DNA of 63,896 bases, filler included, from Ionaspis alba (GCA_964255285.1; 3 parts of 3 records of this genome joined end to end with filler, not necessarily neighbours in it), one strand, 5' to 3'. Shown: positions 39,072 through 52,075, counted from the first letter of the whole stretch. Notes: generated from the letters alone by a model not told the origin. Numbers and translations are program-made.

Positions 39072-40906
39072 ATGCCCATCTTCGTAAACCCTTTCAAAAA
39101 GCACGACGTCAGCGACTTCGACAACGTCTTCGTGCCCCTCGCCGACGCCCACCGGCACCCTTCCGTGGTCGCCGCCCACGACGAGAAACTCGGCACCAAG
39201 AACGGCCTGCCCACAAGCGACAAAGGTGTCGAGGCGGGCGATNNNNNNNNNNNNNNNNNNNNNNNNNNNNNNNNNNNNNNNNNNNNNNNNNNNNNNNNNN
39301 NNNNNNNNNNNNNNNNNNNNNNNNNNNNNNNNNNNNNNNNNNGTCGGTCTGTGCATTGGAGCCTCCTTCTGGGGCGTCGCTTCCGATGTCATCGGCCGCA
39401 GACCTGCTTTCAATGCTACGCTGTTCATTGCTGGGGTCTTTGGCCTTGCGGTCGGAGGAGCTAATAGCTGGGTCGGTGCTTGTGGGCTTTACGCAGCCCT
39501 GGGAGTTGGTGTGGGAGGTAACCTTCCTGTGGATGGAGCGCTCTTTTTGGAGTTCTTGCCGTTTGCGTCGGGGAATTTGTTGACTATGCTTTCGGTTTGG
39601 TGGCCTATTGGGCAATTGATTGCTTCTTTAAGTGAGTGAGATCTCTCCTTGTGGGTATCTGATATGCTGACGCTGTGTAGTTGCTTGGGGGGTGAGAACG
39701 AATGCTTCAGGAAAATCTGTAGTACACGCGCTAACTTGTGATCTAGTTCATCCCCAATTACAGCTGCGACGACACTCTCCTCTCCTGCGATATTAGCGCC
39801 CCACCTTGCTGTCGTCGCGAAGATAACAAAGGCTGGAGATACTTCACCATCACTCTCGGCGCGCTAACCTTCTTCATGTTTGTCTGTCGCTTCTTTTTCT
39901 TCCATCTTTATGAGTCCCCCAAGTACCTTCTTTCGAGGGGCCGTCAAGCCGAAGCCGTAGCAACTGTGCACGGTATTGCCTATAAGAACAAGCGCAAGAC
40001 ATGGTTGACAGAAGAAATCCTCAATGAGATTGGTGGCGATCTGGCCGAGAAATCGTCCGCCAAACTGTCCACCAAGGAAATTTTACAAAGGCAGCTCGGC
40101 AAGTTTTCTACCGAGAGAATCGCGCCGTTGTTTGCGACTAGGAGGTTGGGAACCATGAGTCAGTATAACCTCGGATCTTTTCTCGTCTCTTTCGCCTCCA
40201 CAAATCATGCTAACAAGCTGCCGGCCAGCTGCCCTAATCTGGTTCTGCTGGGCAACGATCGGAATGGGCTACCCGCTCTTCAACGCCTTCCTGCCACAAT
40301 ATCTCCAAAACGCCGGCAAAAATGTCGCCCCCACGCCCACGAACATTGTCTACCGCAACTACGCCATCACGTCCATCGTCGGCGTGCCCGGCTCCATCAT
40401 CGGCTGCTACACGGTCGATATGAAGTACATTGGGCGCAAGGGCACGATTGCCATATCGACGCTGCTGACGGGGATTATTCTTTTCTTGTTTACCATCAGC
40501 TCTGATTCGAACTTCCAGCTGGCGATGACTTCGTTAGAGGCATTCTTTCAGAATATTATGTATGGAGTATTGTATGCTTAGTAAGTCTTCGATGCTGTCT
40601 TGTTGGGTTGAGGGTGTGATGCTGACGGTGGTTAGTACCCCGGAAGTTTTCCCAGCTCCTAATCGTGGGACGGGTACGGGGATTGCGTCCTTCTTCAATC
40701 GAATTGCTGGGCTCTGCGCACCCATTGTTGCCGTCCATGCCGGTGGTGTCAATCCTGTGAGTAGACCATTGCGAAGCATTGTCTCGATATCTGTGCTGAC
40801 ATCTCTGCAGAATGCACCCGTTTATGCGTCTGGTTCGCTTATGCTCGCGGCTTTCCTCGCTATGTGTTGTTTCCCTATCGAGACCCGCGGCAAGCAGAGC
40901 TTGTGA
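39072..40906 (+). CDS. MFS transporter (sugar porter / SV2-like); N-terminal part lost in a gap
   Basis: Motifs GASFWGVASDVIGRRPAFN, GGNLPVDGALFLEFLP, YESPKYLLSRG, YTPEVFPAPNRGTGTG, PIETRGK. Five introns, including two flanking an 11-nt micro-exon at 39681-39691. Confidence 0.9.
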
Positions 40907-41199
40907 TTTTGTCGTCAGCGGAAACTGTGTGGGTTGGAACTGTTTATATGTAGCTAGGATATACCCTCGTTGGATCTTTATGGCAAGGATAAAACAAGCC
41001 AGAGGACGGCATCATGAGTCCATTGTTCTCGTTGAAAATAATCTTCATTCTGGCAATAGAACGTTTTCCTAGCCCAACCCATCAAACTAAAATCATTACG
41101 GTCTCTATACCAAGACTTGAATGCTAGGAAACCAGAATGAGTTGGACAAAGATGCAAGTACTATCTTGTAGACAAAAGAAAAATTCGAGATCCGGGGAT

Positions 41200-44100
41200 T
41201 TAGACCCAGAGCACCATCGCCCATATCCCCCACAGCCATCCAGCCCTCTTCCGCTGTCTTTCCAACCCACCTCTAAACACATTGATCACTCCCGTACTAT
41301 TAGTGCTATTTCCAGCCACAGTAGTGCTAGGCGTATTCCCCATCAAAGAATGTAGCGGTATGTTGCTCGTCCCCACCACAAGCACATCCCCCGAGGCCAA
41401 CGAAACAGGTGTACCGGAAATGGTGATGCCAGGACCATTGGGCACAAGGGTAGTACCAAATATGGAGATCCCCGCCGGATCTGTAGTCTGGGGATCCGGT
41501 AACTGATTTCCGTCGATAGTAGTCATTGCCGTAAGAGGGACGGTCTTGGTACCGATTATAAGGCCAGAAGGGCCGAGAGAGATGACGGTGCCGGAGAGGG
41601 TTAGGGCAGCTCCCCCGAGAGTAAGGGTTGTGCCTGCGATGGATACCTTGGTGGGATCGGGGTCTGGAGCGTTGTACGAGATGGTCGTGGTTGAACTTGA
41701 GCTACCGGTTACAAGAACAACAGATCCAATAGTAGAGGGAATGTTCGATAAGAGGACAGCGGGTCCGCCGAAAGTGAAAGTCTCTCCTACCGCGACTGGC
41801 TTCGCAGGGTCGGAAGCTACGGGAATGGTGCTGGATCCGAAGACGAAGCCCGCGGAACCGAGAGAGACTGGAGTGCTAGAGATGTAGACCGGCGGCTTGC
41901 TAATAAGGACGGTCGTTCCTGCGATAGAGATGCTGGTTGGATTGGGTATAAAGGGGTTGCCATCGACTGTCATGGCTGCGGGGAAAGGCGCAGCAGCAGA
42001 CGTTGCTGAGTCGAAGGGGTCGACAGAGAGGGTTTGACCTCCAATCGTGATGACTTGTGGCCAGGAAGGTGGATGGAGTGTTGCGGGAACGATTTGCGGT
42101 GTCCAGGTCTCAGCCCCAATAACAACTGGTTGAAGTGGTGGAGAGTTTCCTCGACCTGCCGACGGCGATTGCTCAGCACTGGGAACAGCGGGAGGGGGCG
42201 GTCGATTGTGTGGATCGGAGGGATCTGCAGGACTTGCAGTGAAGGTATGCCCAGCGACAACAACGGAGACTGGAGGAACGTGATGGGTGCCAGTCGGCCT
42301 CGGGTCAGGTTTGCCAATACCGAAACCGAAGCCGCTCATGATTATTTGTCCCAGGCCTTGAGAAGATGTTGTTTGGGTAGGCTGCGAGGGAGGATCAGGT
42401 GGAGGATTAGAGTGAAGTATGTAAGGAATAAATAGAGTTGTATCAGGATCTGCTGGTGGAGGATCAAAGTGAGATGTGTGAGGAACAGATATGAGCGCAC
42501 CAGAGTCTGCTGGTGGAGGTTTTGGATCCGAATGTGGTTGTTCTACCTTGCTAACAGTCGGTGATGGCAGCCAAGGTGTCAAAATATGCCCTGGGGAGCT
42601 AGGAATGGTTGTCGACGCCTTTCCAGGATCTACAGTTATTGAGTCTGCGGGAGTGGTAACAGGACTGCTTAAGCCTGCCACGGGAGTTAACACATGTGGA
42701 GGATCAAAAACGCCATACTCTATCGTTTCGATCGTTTCGTCCACACCAAAGACACTGCATGCTGTTGCCCACTCAGCATTGAGGTAAGTCACTTCCTTCG
42801 GCATAGACAGGATTGGATTCCATGGCCAACCCACAGTTCGCCAAGAACTGACTTTAGGCACAAGTGACAAGCCGTCCAGGAAAGAATATGAGGCAGTGGT
42901 CAGATTTCCTAAGCCCCAGGTTGGACAGGCCTCAAGATCGTAACTTTTCGTGGCTATCCCAGCCTTATTATCTGACCAATGCGTAAATGACAGAGTTGAT
43001 ATTTGATGGTGAGGAAGTGCAACCGTAGGATCGTAGAGGATTTTTCCTCTAGTCCCGCATCGGTCGGTTACATAAACACGACTTTCAAATGCCAGATAAA
43101 TAGTCGGGAAAGTTCTGACTACAGATTAGATCTCAACCTAGTGAAAAAAGGTAAAGCACATCTTACAGTGTTGTATTGCCGAAAAGAGCCAAAGTAGAAC
43201 CATTGATTGGAGTCGGTATTGTCACCAGACGTCGTACCAACCCAGATTTTCCTGGTGGCATGGTAGCAAATCCAGAGCTGATGGTTGGGTTTGATGAAAG
43301 TATCACAACCGAAGGACAAGGAGAAGTTGACGAGGCTGTAGGCCAGTGCAGAACTCGCACACTATCGGCTCGGAGCACACAATGTCCACAGCAGAAAATC
43401 GTAGACGACGGAAACTTTATATCACCCGACATCACGCTTCCATCATTGGGGACAGCTCTGCCCAATTCTGACATGTTACCTTTGAGAAGATTCGCCATGG
43501 ATGTGCATTTAGGGCTTCTTCTAAAGCTGTTGAGCGTCGACGAAAAGGAGGAAGAGCTGGCATCTTCAAGGCTACCAGCCACTTGTCCCAGACTAATGCT
43601 TCGAACAGAATCTGAGAGCCAAGCCGAGTACTCGGGCATCTCCGAACAGGACGTGAGCTTTTTGTTACTCCTGGTAGCTGCTTTGCTATCACTTGCAGTC
43701 CATGCGAAGTACGTGGTCACATGATCTGGAAGGAGACAAGAATTCCCAAGCTTTGGAATTGTGTTTTCGATCAAATGCCAGATAGAACAGTTGACGAGAA
43801 GCAGATCCCCAAAGGAGTCTATTTTCACCTTCGGAACATGGTAAGAAACATCGTCCCATGAATACATAGACCTGATGGTTTGGCCATGGAAAGTACTAGG
43901 CAGATTCGAACAACTCGTGAAAGGACCGTCTTTTGCTTCGTTTGCCAGAGCTGATGTCAATAAGTCTGCGCTAGCCTGGGATTCCATTCGGAACACAGTC
44001 CGGTAATTCATAAATCCAAAGCAATCAATCGTCGTATTGATGTAACTGCCTATCCAGGCCAAAAGAGTCGTGGAATCATTAGCATACTGGCACTGTTGAG

Positions 44101-44294
44101 ACCGAGATATGGTAGAAGGTGCTGCTGTGATGGGTTGGGATTCTATTACAGAAGCTGTATGTGTCTATCAGCACCTGTTTCACAACGAGTTCAAAAGCTG
44201 CCATAAAGGGTTGAGGTGGCTTACTGTTAGTATATTGTGCTGTGGCCTCACGTATAAAGCAACAATACATTAGTAGCGCCTTTATGGATCGCAT
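41200..44294 (-). CDS. Putative secreted/GPI-anchored Ser/Thr/Pro-rich cell-surface protein with beta-rich repeats
   Basis: Signal-like MRSIKALLMYCCFIREATA; Cys-containing N-domain (FCCGHCVLRADSVRVLHWPT); intron ~43106-43166 gives LTFPTIYLAF; four ISIxGTTL...ISGTPVSLG-type repeats; hydrophobic C-terminus. The first exon junction is uncertain. Confidence 0.7.
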
Positions 44295-45270
44295 TTTGCA
44301 AGAAAGCAATGGAGAGCAACATCAATAACATCGATTGAACAAAGTAAGAAAAAGCTAGTTGGAAGGCCATCGTAAAGCAAATTGCATAAGGAGTCATGAC
44401 TTTACGTGCCTCTTCCGAGACATATAGTAGCTCAGATTGCATTCTGTACGACCAAGGCAGCACCAATCAATAGTAACAAAAACGGCTTGAAAGAAGATGA
44501 ATTGACCTGAGATGTACTGTGCCTCGCAGCTGAGGTTGCCTTGACACGATTACCTGTCTACCCCACCTATGGATTTACAGCAGTCGTCGTGATTCACCTG
44601 ACATGCATGACCGGAGAAAGGAGACCCAGCCGTAAGCCTGGGTCTTCCTGCTTCATAGGAACACTTGAAGATCTTGCTCATTGTCATAGAGTAGTCGTCG
44701 GGATCTCGATGCCTACATTCAAGCATCTCTCAAAGTGTAAGTATCAGTGTGCTCCTATATCAGATGGTTCAAGATGGGTAGAGATTATGAAATTGTGTAC
44801 GGAAGAGCTCGTGAGTCGACAAGCTCGAGGTGAAAGCAGCGGGTCGTGGTCCGTGCACTACCGCGTCAACCTATCCATATCCGCGGGAGCAGGGTTCTTT
44901 TCCGATCCTATGAAAATCATCATGTTAACCTGGAGGTGCAGAACAGAGAAACCATCAACGTTGTTTGGATAATCAGAAACACTTTGCCGCTGGAGCAATG
45001 CCCGGAGTCCTCGGGTATTAAACTCATGCACAATTTGGCAAAGGGGGGACTGCATGCATGTGCTCATCGCTCTGAATCACCGAATTAAAGGGCCGTCGAG
45101 ACAGCCTCACCAAGAAATCCGGAGAAGGATCGTATTTCCGGTATCTTGTGAAGGTTCACGACCCCATCAGACACTAGTTCACAATGAGCAGAAGCTAGGA
45201 GTCTTGTGTTATGACAGTCAAGCTTGCCAGCACTAGCTATCTTCCCTTTCGGACATGAGCCTCCTCCCAT

Positions 45271-45857
45271 CTACGCATCCTCCACCACGGCAGTTTGAAG
45301 ACCCTTCGGATTCTTCACATTCACTGCTTGCACGTAGCTGTAGAGCTTCTCCTTCGCGTCCTCCTCATCATTTCGCTTTCTCGAGATGCGAACACGAAGC
45401 CGGAACGGAACGCCCTTGATACCCGATTCCCAGACCTTCTTATTAAGTTGCGGATCGAGTCGAACGTCACGCGTGCCCTACACATCACACGCAATCAGCC
45501 TTCGTCGCTAGCACTTAGACCATAGTAACACTAATCCGCATGGGAGCAAAAGAAAACATACCATAGCCTTCTCAGCGAACTTCCTAATCTCCTTAATCGC
45601 TCTCGGCGCTCTCTTCTTGAACGAAACCCCGTGCACCTGATCGCGCGCAAATTGTGAATTAGTCTTCCGTCCTTAATGCCCCCGTTGGTAGGGAGGCCAT
45701 AGAGGTGGACTTCATTAAACTAATCGTGTGTGTGGTATTGTGGAGCACGTACTCTCTTGTGTAGATGGATGGTGTACTCGCGGGCGACGACGTCGGCGAT
45801 GGCGGATCGGCCGGGCTTGCCTGCGGGTTTGCTGGCGGATTTGGTTTTGGGTGGCAT
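45271..45857 (-). CDS. RPL31: 60S ribosomal protein eL31
   Basis: [88 protein letters not shown]. Two CDS introns plus a 5'-UTR intron at 45863-45916. Confidence 0.97.
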
Positions 45858-46127
45858 TGTTGCTAGAGAGAGAGGTCAGCGTAGTGAATGGCATCGATGA
45901 CAATGAATAGTATTACCTGGAGGTGTGGGATCGGGTGGGCGGTTCGTCGTTGTTGTCGTTGAAGATGCGAGATTTTGGAATTCGCAATTTGGGGTTGTGC
46001 ATCTCGCTTAGTGGAGGGCTTAACGCCAGCCCTATTGCATAGGACAGAGCGGACACTGAGGATCGTCGATGAGCATTCTTTCAGGAATCATACTTGTCGG
46101 AGCACGAGTCCTAGCTATCTTAGGTAT

Positions 46128-46227
46128 NNNNNNNNNNNNNNNNNNNNNNNNNNNNNNNNNNNNNNNNNNNNTTAATTAATTAANNNNNNNNNNNNNNNNN
46201 NNNNNNNNNNNNNNNNNNNNNNNNNNN
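46128..46227. other. Artificial scaffold-joining linker (44N-TTAATTAATTAA-44N)
   Basis: Same structure as 23033-23132, with the 12-mer at 46172-46183. Confidence 0.95.
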
Positions 46228-46230
46228 CCT

Positions 46231-47346
46231 CTACGAACCAATGATGCTTTTGGCATCCATAACCTTGGCCAACAGTGGGTAGGTACTGACCGCATTACCA
46301 ATTTTGACCTTGACATTCTTGACCAAAATACGAATTTCCTTTAATTTGGAGACGTCAATTGGCTTCGCCTGTGCCATCAATCCCTGCGGGGGTTTCTCTA
46401 AGCTCCAAGCAACGCTGATATGGAAATGGGACGTCATATCCGGCACATTCACCTGCTTTTGTCTCGGTGCAGCATCATGTCGCATGGCCGTTGCTCCTCT
46501 GGTGCGACCTCGACTGCTACGCTGACCCATACCACGAAAGATCGACTCAACTGATGGTTCGGGTGGGATTGCATACAATGGTGGCTGGCCAAGCCTAGCA
46601 GCAGTGGTGTTCGAGACCTGGAGCAATTTGTTTAAACCGTTCCCATCTGGCTTTGCTATCTGGAAGACGAGAAACCATCGAGTCCCTTCAAAATTGGGCT
46701 CTGACCTGAGACTGGTGACGGATAGTTCAAATCTGCATGAATCAGGATGCCTGATACGGTCAGAATGAGATTACGACTTACGGTCGGACACCAACGTCCT
46801 CTAGCAAAGATGTGAACATGTCAGTGAATGGTTGACGTTGATCAGTCAAGAGCATCATTGACCTCGAAAGACTGATGTGCAACGGCATCTCGGCCCCGAG
46901 ATCGCTCTCCAAGAGACTTTGAAACTTCGCGGTCTCATTCGGTAGTCCACTGTTGATGTCTTTAACGAGTCTTGCTAAAACATCCAATTCTGTCCGCGAA
47001 GGATGCCCTCCAGTCGTCAGCTGTAGTACCATGCAATTGTAGTCTTGGCCATTCGACCTCAAACATAGGAGGACTTACACTCAATGTAGACATGACTGGG
47101 CCAATGACCTTCCACATGTGGTGTTACTCGTTGACGGCCACCGTGGAGTGCAGGATCATCTTCTGTGCTGACCCTAACACTGGAAGCATAGAGGTCATGA
47201 AAGGTATCTGGGAGCGGGGGTAGGTCGGAAGTCAGAGTTGAATCACGCTTTCTCTTCAGGTTCGCATTGTGGGAAGATGCCACAAGCGTTGTGTCTACGA
47301 CATCTCCGTTTGAGCTCTCAGAATCAGAGTATTCAACAAGTGACAT
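46231..47346 (-). CDS. USB1: U6 snRNA phosphodiesterase Usb1/Mpn1 (2H family)
   Basis: Motifs [38 protein letters not shown], two 2H motifs LHISLS and FHISVAW, VKVKIGN. Introns 47008-47078 and a 49-nt intron near 46733-46781. Confidence 0.92.
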
Positions 47347-47994
47347 GATTGATATTCTCGACGAAAAGGCTCAAGTAGCTGTTGTATTTATTGACTTTTA
47401 GCACCTGGACAATATGTGCGCAGAACGACAGCGATGACATGAATTGAATCTTTCCAAGACAGATCCTTACCCTAAACCTGGTCGTGAAGGATAGTATTAG
47501 GCATCGAGCCGTTCAGATACCTGGGATGCCAACGCTATTGGTTCCACTAAACCGGTACGAGCGGTTCGGAACATAGGGTCCAATGACGTCGGTGCTCTAA
47601 AATTACATTTGATAGAACGCGCAAGCCAGGAAGCTGCCAAGGAGGTTGACCCTTCGATCCAGGAACAAGCTGTGCTCTCATTAAGGATGATCGTTGCCTA
47701 GCAGTTCTAAGGCAATCCTCTGTCAAGCATCCTACATTGAGCACGGAGCAACTGTCCTGAGCACTCAACAGGTTCACTTGTTCAAACAATTAAGATGGAG
47801 AGTTCCGAAGATAAGCAATGGGTATGCATTTCAAGGAATCGTTGAATTGATACCGAAGCTTACTTCTAAGTTGAAAGGCCTCGAAATATCTCCTTGATCC
47901 CCTTACTGCTCCAGATCCTAGCGAAGAGACTGGACCAGGCACGCACTACAGATCAACCTTCGGCCCAAATACCGACACAAGATCGTCTGCCCGT

Positions 47995-48977
47995 ATGACA
48001 GATGATAAGAAAGGAACAAACGCCACAATCCGCGAGACAGCCTACCCATCTCCGCCGCACTCCGCCAGTCCACACAAAACTCGATTTTCCAACCGCCGAG
48101 AGGCAGCCACTGGCCATCAAGATGCTCCACAGCGCTCAAGCTTAGATCGCCCATCTACCGAAATCCCAACTTCGAGCGCCGCCTCAACCATTGTCGGTCG
48201 CCAACGGGGCAGTTCACTTTCTGAGCGCTATCCTGGAGATCAATCCCATCGACCTCTTGATATCATACGCAAAGAGACCAAGACAGCTAATCGTCATCCC
48301 CACCTCCGCAAGAAGCACTACGTCGGACCCGACTCCATCGATCAGCTCGATAACGTCGGTGGGAAATATCACCACGATGGACCGTTCGACCCCACGCTCC
48401 TTGCAAGAAACACCGAGTTCCTCTACAGTCCTGTCGAAGCTGTGGCCGGCACGACAGAGGAGGCTCTGAGAGCGACTCCAAGGGAGAAGGTCATTGATAG
48501 TGTCAGGAGACACCGGCCACTTGATGGAGTTGCCACAATTCCACCAGGGGTGACCGATAGTACTGGGCGGACATTCAACTACGAGGAGGGCACCGATCTA
48601 ATGATTGAGGGTGATTACAAGCGCTGGCCAGGAATAGTGAGCCTCCTTCACCATTGACAAGGAAAGTGCGAGAGCTAATTCCAATACAGCAATACTCTCC
48701 CGACGATCTCAAAGGTAAAGGTGAGCCAGCTTTCTCGGTCGAAAAAGCGTTGAAGGATCACAAGAGCCACAATCGACACGTCTCGGAAGGCACCTCGGGA
48801 ATCGAGCTGGCGACAAGATCTAGGAGCCATGATCGCAACCGGCCGCCGAGCAATGGACAGAGCTATAGTCAGTGGGAAGGTGATATGAGGCGAAGTAACA
48901 CGACGGGGCGGAGAACCAGTAATCCTCTGACAAGACGATTTGGCAGTCTTCGGAAGCCCAGGAGTCCCATTGAATGA
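47995..48977 (+). CDS. Pal1-family cell morphology / endocytic-site protein
   Basis: Pal1 core DSIDQLDNVGGKYHHDGPFDPTLLARN...SPVEA, plus RHRPLDGVA and DDLKGKGEP. Intron 48637-48689. Confidence 0.82.
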
Positions 48978-49364
48978 ATGAGGAGCTNNNNNNNNNNNNN
49001 NNNNNNNNNNNNNNNNNNNNNNNNNNNNNNNNNNNNNNNNNNNNNNNNNNNNNNNNNNNNNNNNNNNNNNNNNNNNNNNNNNNNNNNTAATCACTGCGAG
49101 GTTGATGACCAAGTCGTGGGAGCAAAGCCCCAGTGTTGGTGGTTGAAACTCCATACTGGCGTACATACAATTGTGACGTTTGAAGATTTAGTTGTTACAG
49201 CGCAGCTCAATCTTCGCATTTTGTTATTCATTGGAATGAAAACCTTACTCCATCGCGAGTGTTTCGTTATCTTCATATAGCTGGAAGAGTTTTGACTCTC
49301 TCTGACAATGATACCGTCCACCGAACGAAAGTCAATCTGACGTGCTGGTCAAGAGAGTGCAGCT

Positions 49365-51044
49365 CTAGCCAGTCCCAATAGTGAATCTCGATGAGAACCA
49401 CCGCTCGTTGGCTGTCTCATATCGATCCTCGGCCATGGTCATCGAGTCGACCTGATGGTACAGATAGAAATGCGTGCTATTACCAGGAGCGCTCGTAGCC
49501 AGTCTCGTGAAATTGGTGGGAAGAACGAAGCTATTCTGGGCTCCATTCCACACAAAGTAGTAAGTCAACCACACTCCGTCGGAGAAAAACACCCAATTCA
49601 TTCGCCCAAGGCCCGCTGAGCCCTGCAACGACACAGAGCTGATGTCGAATTGGAGTCCCGTAGTTCTTACAAGTTCATTGATCAAATCGGCTTGACCTGT
49701 ATTACTACTCTTGTTGCTACCTGTGTCCCTGTCAGCTTCTTATCCATGCGGATTATTATTGATTATGCATCAACACACTTCCAGTCCATGTCCCATTTCC
49801 GTGCTGCAAAGTGTATATTCGAGAGTCAGATGCATTGGCATATTTCCCGAGACCGAATGTATAGAAATCAACACCATTCCCGGTTTTCGATATTGTGCTT
49901 GACACAACACTCCCATCTAAAGCTGGATACCCATACCGATCGTCAGCAGACTTGAAATCTATGTCTTGCCACGTATAGCCATCGTCGGATGGGTGAGGAG
50001 AAGCGAGTAGTGCTGTTATGTTGCCGTCTGGATTCTGATAGATAAAATATGCAGAACCAGTATCGTTGCCAGGCACGTACGTAGCAGACAGTGTCCTCGA
50101 ACCCGAAGCGGCCGTGAACTTTTGGAGACCGGTGTCAGAGCCGACGGAAGCAAAAGCACTTGCTGGTGATCCTGAAGCACTGTTCGACCAGGACCCAGCT
50201 TGAAAGGTCTGCACAGCTAGGCTGTCGTTGGCAGCAATGTAGAATAGGCAGATCTTGCAAGTGTCAGTCTTCATGCTTCCGATCACACCTACAAGCGGAG
50301 GATGGCGACTTACCGGATAAGGTGCCTTTCCTGTCATCTGAAATACCGAGATTGGAGTATGGTTTCGTGCGTCAGTGGCAACCACCTTGTCAATTCCTGC
50401 TTGCCATTGCCCACCCGAGGACGGATACACAGCTTCTCGGATGTTGCCTGCGACGTCTTGGAAGAAAACATGACGATCGTCATCGCCCGTAACTAATGCA
50501 GCAAGGGATGAGTTGCTCAACATAGAATGCAGCAGAGATTGGCCTTGAATGGTTGCACTAGCCGGGTTATTGAGAAGCAGAGATAGAAGACGCTTGAGAG
50601 CACTTACGCTGGTGAGGCCGAGCTTCGTGCTCTTGAAATACCAACTCCTACTCCAAGCACAATTGCTCCGACTACACACACAAGCAGCACCAAAGTCCAA
50701 AGCACCTTCCGCCTCCTCTTCGACAGCAGATGGGGTTTCTCGGAGACTGGAGAATGTTATTTTCCGAACAACGTCCAGATTTCTTCCAGATAGTACCTGT
50801 GACAACCTCCGGGTATACACGTGAGGGTTTGACGACAGCTTCTGGAGCGGACCCAAATTCAACCTGCGATGATTGATCAGAGGGGCCACTCTCTGTAATA
50901 GATTGGTCTGCAGGGTCTTACTTGAGGTGTCTCCCAAGTACGATCACGCTCAGGAGCAGGATTGAAAGCTTTGTTTTCACTTCCTGCCACCTCAAGGGTA
51001 GAAATGTATCTCTGAGCTCTCGCTGCCCTGCTTTGGCGTGTCAT
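49365..51044 (-). CDS. Putative type II membrane protein with fungal fucose-lectin-like beta-propeller ectodomain
   Basis: Spliced model gives KRRRK + VLWTLVLLVCVVGAIVLGVGVG (TM), then repeats SSLAA...RHVFFQDVAGNIREA...W, ARNHTPIS, ICLFYIAANDSL, YFIYQNPDGNI, FYLYHQ...W. About five introns inferred. Confidence 0.62.
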
Positions 51045-52075
51045 GGCTGAATGGCGAGGAAAGAAACGGTGGTCGCATCAATAAGAGATTCTCTTGAGCG
51101 GGGTTTCACTATATCTTGATACAGTATGACATTGTCTCACACCCTCTTCGAGGCTTGCAGATGCACCTGCAGCCATGGGTGGTGGTCATGTCACCTTCAA
51201 CCTGGTTATTAAGTTTCAGTTCGGAGAACTTAGCACACCACCACCATCATATCTTGCTCAAGATCTTTTCGTCTTGAAGATGAGGTTGGCAACTGGCAGG
51301 GAAGACAGCCGGTTCCCAGGATGCCGCATCATTATCAAGACATCGTGGCCAACGTGAGGCATTGTGGTAGCGAGCAATAGTGTTACGTTTTCTGCGAGAT
51401 AGACCGAATGGCATATGAATCACTGCAAGAACAACATGTTGTACCTGGTATGCTGGGCAAGACCTCGATGGCTTGATTGGCTTTGACCACAAGCTTAAAC
51501 GATTTAAACACAGCCTCAGACGGGACGAATACCCGCAGAACCGCAAAACAAAAATCTACGTTCTCGGTGCATAAGTGTGGGAAGGCCCGGAGCTATTCCC
51601 AAGTCAGAATGGCGCCAGTTGGGCTCGTGCTTTTTGAGAGTAAATATAACGTGGCGTGAGCCGTTAGTTAGTGGCGGCTCTTGGAGGCGAAAGGTAAAGA
51701 GGGTTTCTTGGTAATTGGTAATAACTGCCAAGCCCAATTCAATGCTACGAGGCCACCTTGCAGGTCGTTGGCGATTATTCACTTTTTGGCTTCTCTACAC
51801 TCGCTGTGAGTCTGTTATACACTCATCGTCCGGAGACTGTCGCTCGATTTTCTGTCTATACCTCTGCCTTGACTGATCCTTCCTTTTCCCCCCAAATTTT
51901 GTCTATAACGCTTCCTTTTCTTGGGGCTGGCTTCAACAAAGAACGCTTTGTCAATATTTTTTTGGATTTCCACTTTTCCACAATCGACCAAAAGCTTCTA
52001 CACGGTGTTTGGAAGACATGACTGTCTAAATCACTCCGCCATATCTGTCACACCGTCCCCATTTCTCCCACAATC

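Noticed and set aside
22744..47346. Pol III/RNA theme (5S rRNA, RPC34, RPL31, USB1)
   Set aside because: Split across both linkers; RPL31-USB1 adjacency is created by the join.
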